Shown here one piece after another: positions 59,636 to 64,000 of a stretch of DNA of 64,000 nt (positions within the stretch are counted from its first letter, which is position 1; each line of letters opens with the position of its first letter). The translations under genes and the position numbers were made by a program. This DNA comes from Balanoglossus misakiensis. Taxonomy: Eukaryota > Animalia > Hemichordata. The notes under the pieces were generated by a model. That model saw only the letters and a list, made by a program, of their open reading frames with translations, made no database searches and was not told the origin of the DNA. The stretch covers positions 134,659 through 198,658 of the forward strand of contig JBECUI020000033.1 of assembly GCA_040954595.2 (NCBI GenBank). Direction: 5' to 3'.

Positions 59636-62600
59636 AGAATTTTCTTATAGTCAGAAGAAATTTCTTAAACTAACGCAACAATTTTAACGTAAAAAGTAAA
59701 ACAACTAATTAAAATAATCTTTTTTATCTGTTATCGTAATGAAATTAATTATTCTAGGTAGTATAGTAATAAATAAATGGAGGATTTTCTAATGTCACGT
59801 ATTCACACAGTAGTTATTGTTGCGGCTGCACTATTCTTCTTAGCTGGATGTCCCAATCCATCGACTCCATTTGTACATGAGTCAGGGAGACATCGCGTAC
59901 AAAATTGACGGTTCCTCGATAACCATAGTCGGACTTGCCAATCAAGACAGCACAGAAATAGTAATTCCCCCTATGATTCAGGATAAAACCGTAACAATCA
60001 TTGGTAGAGCAGCATTTAAGGCGTCTAATCTGGTCAAAGTGACATTTCCAACAGTGTAACACCATTGAAGATGAGGCCTTTCACCTTGCCGCTTCTCTGA
60101 AAGAAGTGCGTATAGGAACAGCATTACTTCCAATAGCAATCAAGCTTTTGCCGGTACGGCACTGAATCGGTTGGCCATTCTGGCAACCCAGCCCCTGAAC
60201 TTTCGGGAAGCAACCCTGCTGCTGTATTCCCCAGCTCCCTCATAGAACCACTTTGGAGTACCCTATCGCAGGAACAAACTTCGGCCAGCGCTCCCTGGAG
60301 TGATTTTGGCAGCAAAATCACCATCTTGGATTCTGATGATATAGAAACCGTTCGAGCAGGGATGGAAGCAATCGCCATCACTCTCAAGGCATAGCCGGAG
60401 TTATCTACACCGCTCGGCATGAGCAGCGACTTCTCCGTACAGAATAGAAGCCACATCAGAGGCGGACAGGAAGCTTCCTTGATTTTGATCGTTGGGAATC
60501 TGGATAATGCAAAATCCTACCATATTCGGGTACAAGGGAAAAACGTCGACGGAGATAGCAGCAATTGGATAGCAGCTGCCGAGAACCCCACACTCTTAGC
60601 TCCGAGGCCACCCCCGCCATAACAGGAGTTCAAACCGGTCCGGATTCTCTTACGGTCACGGTCAATGCCTTGGCAGGTATAGACATTACCGTAGAGGCCC
60701 ATAGCAATGCGGACTTCACTGACCCCATATCAACCATAACCGAAACAGCCACGGGGAGCGACCAGGAACTCACCCTCACCGGCCTGACCGGCGGCACCGA
60801 TTACTACATTCGGGCCCGAGAGTGAACACCCAAGGGAACCCAAGCGAATGGGTTGCTGCTAGTGCCAACCCCTACACTCCCAACGTGAATCCTGCCCTTA
60901 CCCTTGGCGATGATGTCCAGGCTGGCGGGGAACGCTCACCGTTACGGCCAATGCCTTGGCAGGTATAGTTCATTACCCTAGAGGCCCATAGCAATGTGGA
61001 CTTCACTGACCTCATAACAACGGTAACCCAAGCAGCCACGGGGAGTGACCAGGAACTCACCCTCACCGCCTGACCGGCGGCACCGATTACTACATTCGGG
61101 CCCAGGGGGCTAACACCCAAGGGAACCTAAGCGAATGGGTTGCTGCCAGTGCCAACCCCTACACTCCCAACGTGAATCCTGCCCTTACCCTTGCGGCGTC
61201 CAGGCTGGCCGTGGGAACGCTCACGGTTACGTCAATGCCTTGGCAGATATAGACATTACCGTAGAGGCCCATAGCAATGCGGACTTCACTGACCCCATAA
61301 CAACGGTAACCGAAACAGCCACGGGGAGTGACCAGGAACTCACCCTCACCGGCCTGACCGCGGCACCGATTACTACATTCGGGCCCAGGGGGCCAACACC
61401 CAAGGGAACCAAAGCGAATGGGTTGCTGCTAGCGCCAATCCCTACATGACCAACAAGGATCCTGCCCTTACCCTGGGCGGCGTCCAGGCTGGCGTGGGAA
61501 CGCTCACGGTTACGGTCAATGCCTTGGCAGATATAGACATTACCGTAGAGGCCCATAGCAATGTGGACTTCACTGACCCCATATCAACCATAACCGAAAC
61601 AGCCACGGGAGTGACAGGAACTCACCCTCACCGGCCTGACCGGCGGCACCGATTACTACATTCGGGCCCAGGGGGCTAACACCCAAGGGAACCTAAGCGA
61701 ATGGGTTGCTGCCAGTGCCAACCCCTACACTCCCAACGTGAATCCTGCCCTTACCCTTGGCGGCGTCCAGGCTGGCGTGGGAACGCTCACGGTTACGGTC
61801 AATGCCTTGGCAGATATAGACATTACCGTAGAGGCCCATAGCAATGCGGACTTCACTGACCTCATATCAACCGTAACCGAAACAGCCACGGGGAGTGACC
61901 AGGAACTTACCCTCACCGGTCTGACCAGCGGCACCGCATATCACATTCGGGCCCAAGGAGTGAACACCCAAGGGAACCAAGCAGAATGGGTTGCTGCTAG
62001 CGCCAATCCCTACATGACCAACAAGGATCCTAGCCTTACCCTTGGCGGCGTCCAGGCTGGCGGGGGAACGCTCACGGTTACGGTCAATGCCTTGGCAGAT
62101 ATAGACATTACCCTAGAGGCCCATAGCAATGTGGACTTCACTGACCTCATAACAACGGTAACCCAAGCAGCCACGGGGAGTGACCAGGAACTCACCCTTA
62201 CCGGCCTGACCGGCGGCACCGATTACTACATTCGGGCCCAGGGGCTAACACCCAAGGGAACCTAAGCGAATGGGTTGCTGCCAGTGCCAACCCCTACACT
62301 CCCAATGCGGATCCCACTGTTATCGATTTGAGGGCTGAGAGCTTTTTGGAGACTATTGTCGCTAAGTTCCGTGCCGTGAGCGGTATTACGGTTACAGTTT
62401 ATCTCCACACCAGTGCTGACTTCTCTGATACTGGAACACAGAAGGAGTTCACAGCCACTGGTGATATTGACGAAGTAAGTTTTGACAGCTTGACATCCGG
62501 CACTTCCTACTATATTCGGGCCCAGGGAGCCAATGACCAGATGGACCAAAGTGATTGGTTGGAGGCCAGCGCTAACCCCTATATCCCCTCCACCCTCTAC

Positions 62601-64000
62601 CTCCGTGACGCCATACCTGGGAATGGTATGATAACAGCTAAAGTTGAGTCATCTCTTAGTGCAGCAGGGAAAGTAGAAGTCTCCACCACATTGGATTTCA
62701 CCGACATTGCCAAAGCCGTTGCCTTTACAGGAACCGGAAGCGTGCAGGATGTCGTAGTTGATACCCTGACTAATGGAACCTCCTATTATCTGCGTGCCAG
62801 TCTGGATAGCAGCACTGTGGAAAAGTCTACACCACGCCCCTTATTCCCACTGATGGTACCACACGCTACCTACATCGTTTGAGCGAGCTGGCCAAATTGG
62901 TGTGGATGAGATTAACTATCCTGCTGACGGGACTTATGCACTCAAAGCCAACCTGGACTTTTCCGATGCCAACAACGACGGTACAGCAAATGATCCTTTC
63001 GACACCGACGATACTGAAGTTAATGGCAACTGGGCTCCCCTTACCCCTGGGAACTTCGATGCGGCTGGGAATCTCCTAGACGGCGGTTTTCAGGGCAGCT
63101 TCAGTGGAACTTCCGACAGTGGGCCCCTACACCATTGCGGGCATGATTATAAATCTTCCCGAAACGACTCGAGTCGGTTTATTTGCATTACTGCATAATG
63201 GATCTATCAGTGATATCGGATTACTTGAAGTAATGGTCACGGGGTATCAGTCTGTAGGTGCTTTGCTTGGAGAAAGTCAAGCAACATAAGTGGCAGCTAT
63301 GCCACGGGGTCTGTTACTGGTCATGGTGATGAAGTCGGTGGACTAGTCGGAAATCACACGGGCGGTAATATAATGGATAGCTATGCCACGGGGTCTGTTA
63401 CTGGTCATGGTGAAGTCGGTGGACTAGTCGGAAGGAATCGCAGCACGAGCAGTAGTATAAAGGATAGTTATGCCACGGGAACTGTTGCTGGTTATAGTGA
63501 AGTTGGTGGACTAGTCGGAAAGTTCAGTGCTAACGAGATAGTGAACAGCTACGCTACCGGTGATATTTCGGCTTTGGCTTCCGTGAAGTCGTATGTAGGT
63601 GGTTTGGTTGGATACTTTCAGATACATACAAACTCACAGAAGATTCACCATAGCTATGCTACCGGGGCTGTTACGGGTATAGATATAGTTGGTGGTTTGA
63701 TTGGTGGTTCGGAGTTGGGGCGCACGATGAGTGCTCAAGATGGAGTAAGCGTAGTCAATTGTTATGCCACCGGTAACGTCAATGGTCAAAGCTATGTAGG
63801 GGGTTTGATGGGGAGCAACGAATACAGCCTAATTGGTAGTTATGCTACCGGGAGAGTCGTAGGCAGTTCTAATGTCGGTGGTTTAGTTGGAGAGAATTCT
63901 GGTATCATAAGGAATAGTTTTGCTGTAGGGGCAGTTAGTGGTAATGAAGATGTTGGTGGTCTGATCGGGTCGTCTCTTCAGTATCTTATTCCATTAGAGA
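59636..64000 (+). repeat. Segmental duplicate of 53890-57050 (upstream region plus paralog 2)
   Basis: gaattttcttatagtcagaagaaatttc... identical from 53891 and 59637; near identity through the LRR and FN3 regions. Confidence 0.93.
59792..64000 (+). pseudogene. Surface lipoprotein paralog 3 (LRR, expanded FN3-like stalk, GLUG); many 1-bp indels; 3' truncated by window edge
   Basis: Same start MSRIHTVVIVAAALFFLAGC as paralog 2; module marker gaggcccatagcaatg at 60694, 60981, 61264, 61548, 61831 and 62116; GLUG repeats from ~63290. Confidence 0.85.

Noticed and set aside
56180-64000. Classical diversity-generating retroelement TR/VR pair
   Set aside because: No reverse transcriptase or Avd gene in the window; several differences involve no adenine or have A in either copy; variable region exceeds 800 bp. 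Kept only as a testable hypothesis

Overview
Bacterial chromosomal window, most likely from a spirochaete (Spirochaetia). That assignment is inferred from the AGGQGE-type solute-binding-protein leader, the lipoprotein-rich gene set and the gene families; I could not run a search. Scattered 1-bp indels suggest a long-read assembly with imperfect polishing. Core genes: lpdA 3' end, fused E1alpha/beta 2-oxoacid/acetoin-type dehydrogenase, PHP protein, SrlD-like SDR and SorE-like reductase (0-6.4 kb); lgt, TagA/WecB glycosyltransferase, ctpA, moaACDE; lnt fusion, tRNA-Arg(CCT), PTS EIIA plus cation:proton antiporter, pepT, two lipoproteins, mnmE; class Ic (Mn/Fe-type) nrdAB, AfuABC-like ABC transporter, uvrB, htrA and comM. 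Accessory material: (i) a decayed islet with an FN3-like lipoprotein and an IS1-like Zn-finger/HTH ORF (14.4-19.9 kb); (ii) three IS256 relics, two carrying a 28-30-bp GTAG-type palindrome, one of them amplified into a palindrome-delimited ~215-bp array; (iii) a ~3-kb islet bounded by a duplicated comM 3' end, holding 11 copies of a ~95-bp G-quadruplex-prone repeat whose core motif is also dispersed across the window; (iv) three tandem paralogous LRR-FN3-GLUG surface lipoproteins. Two of these are a recent IS-bounded duplication with stalk-module expansion (2 to 6) and almost purely non-synonymous divergence of the distal GLUG domain. The 45-64 kb region is the best candidate for an undescribed surface-protein diversification system.
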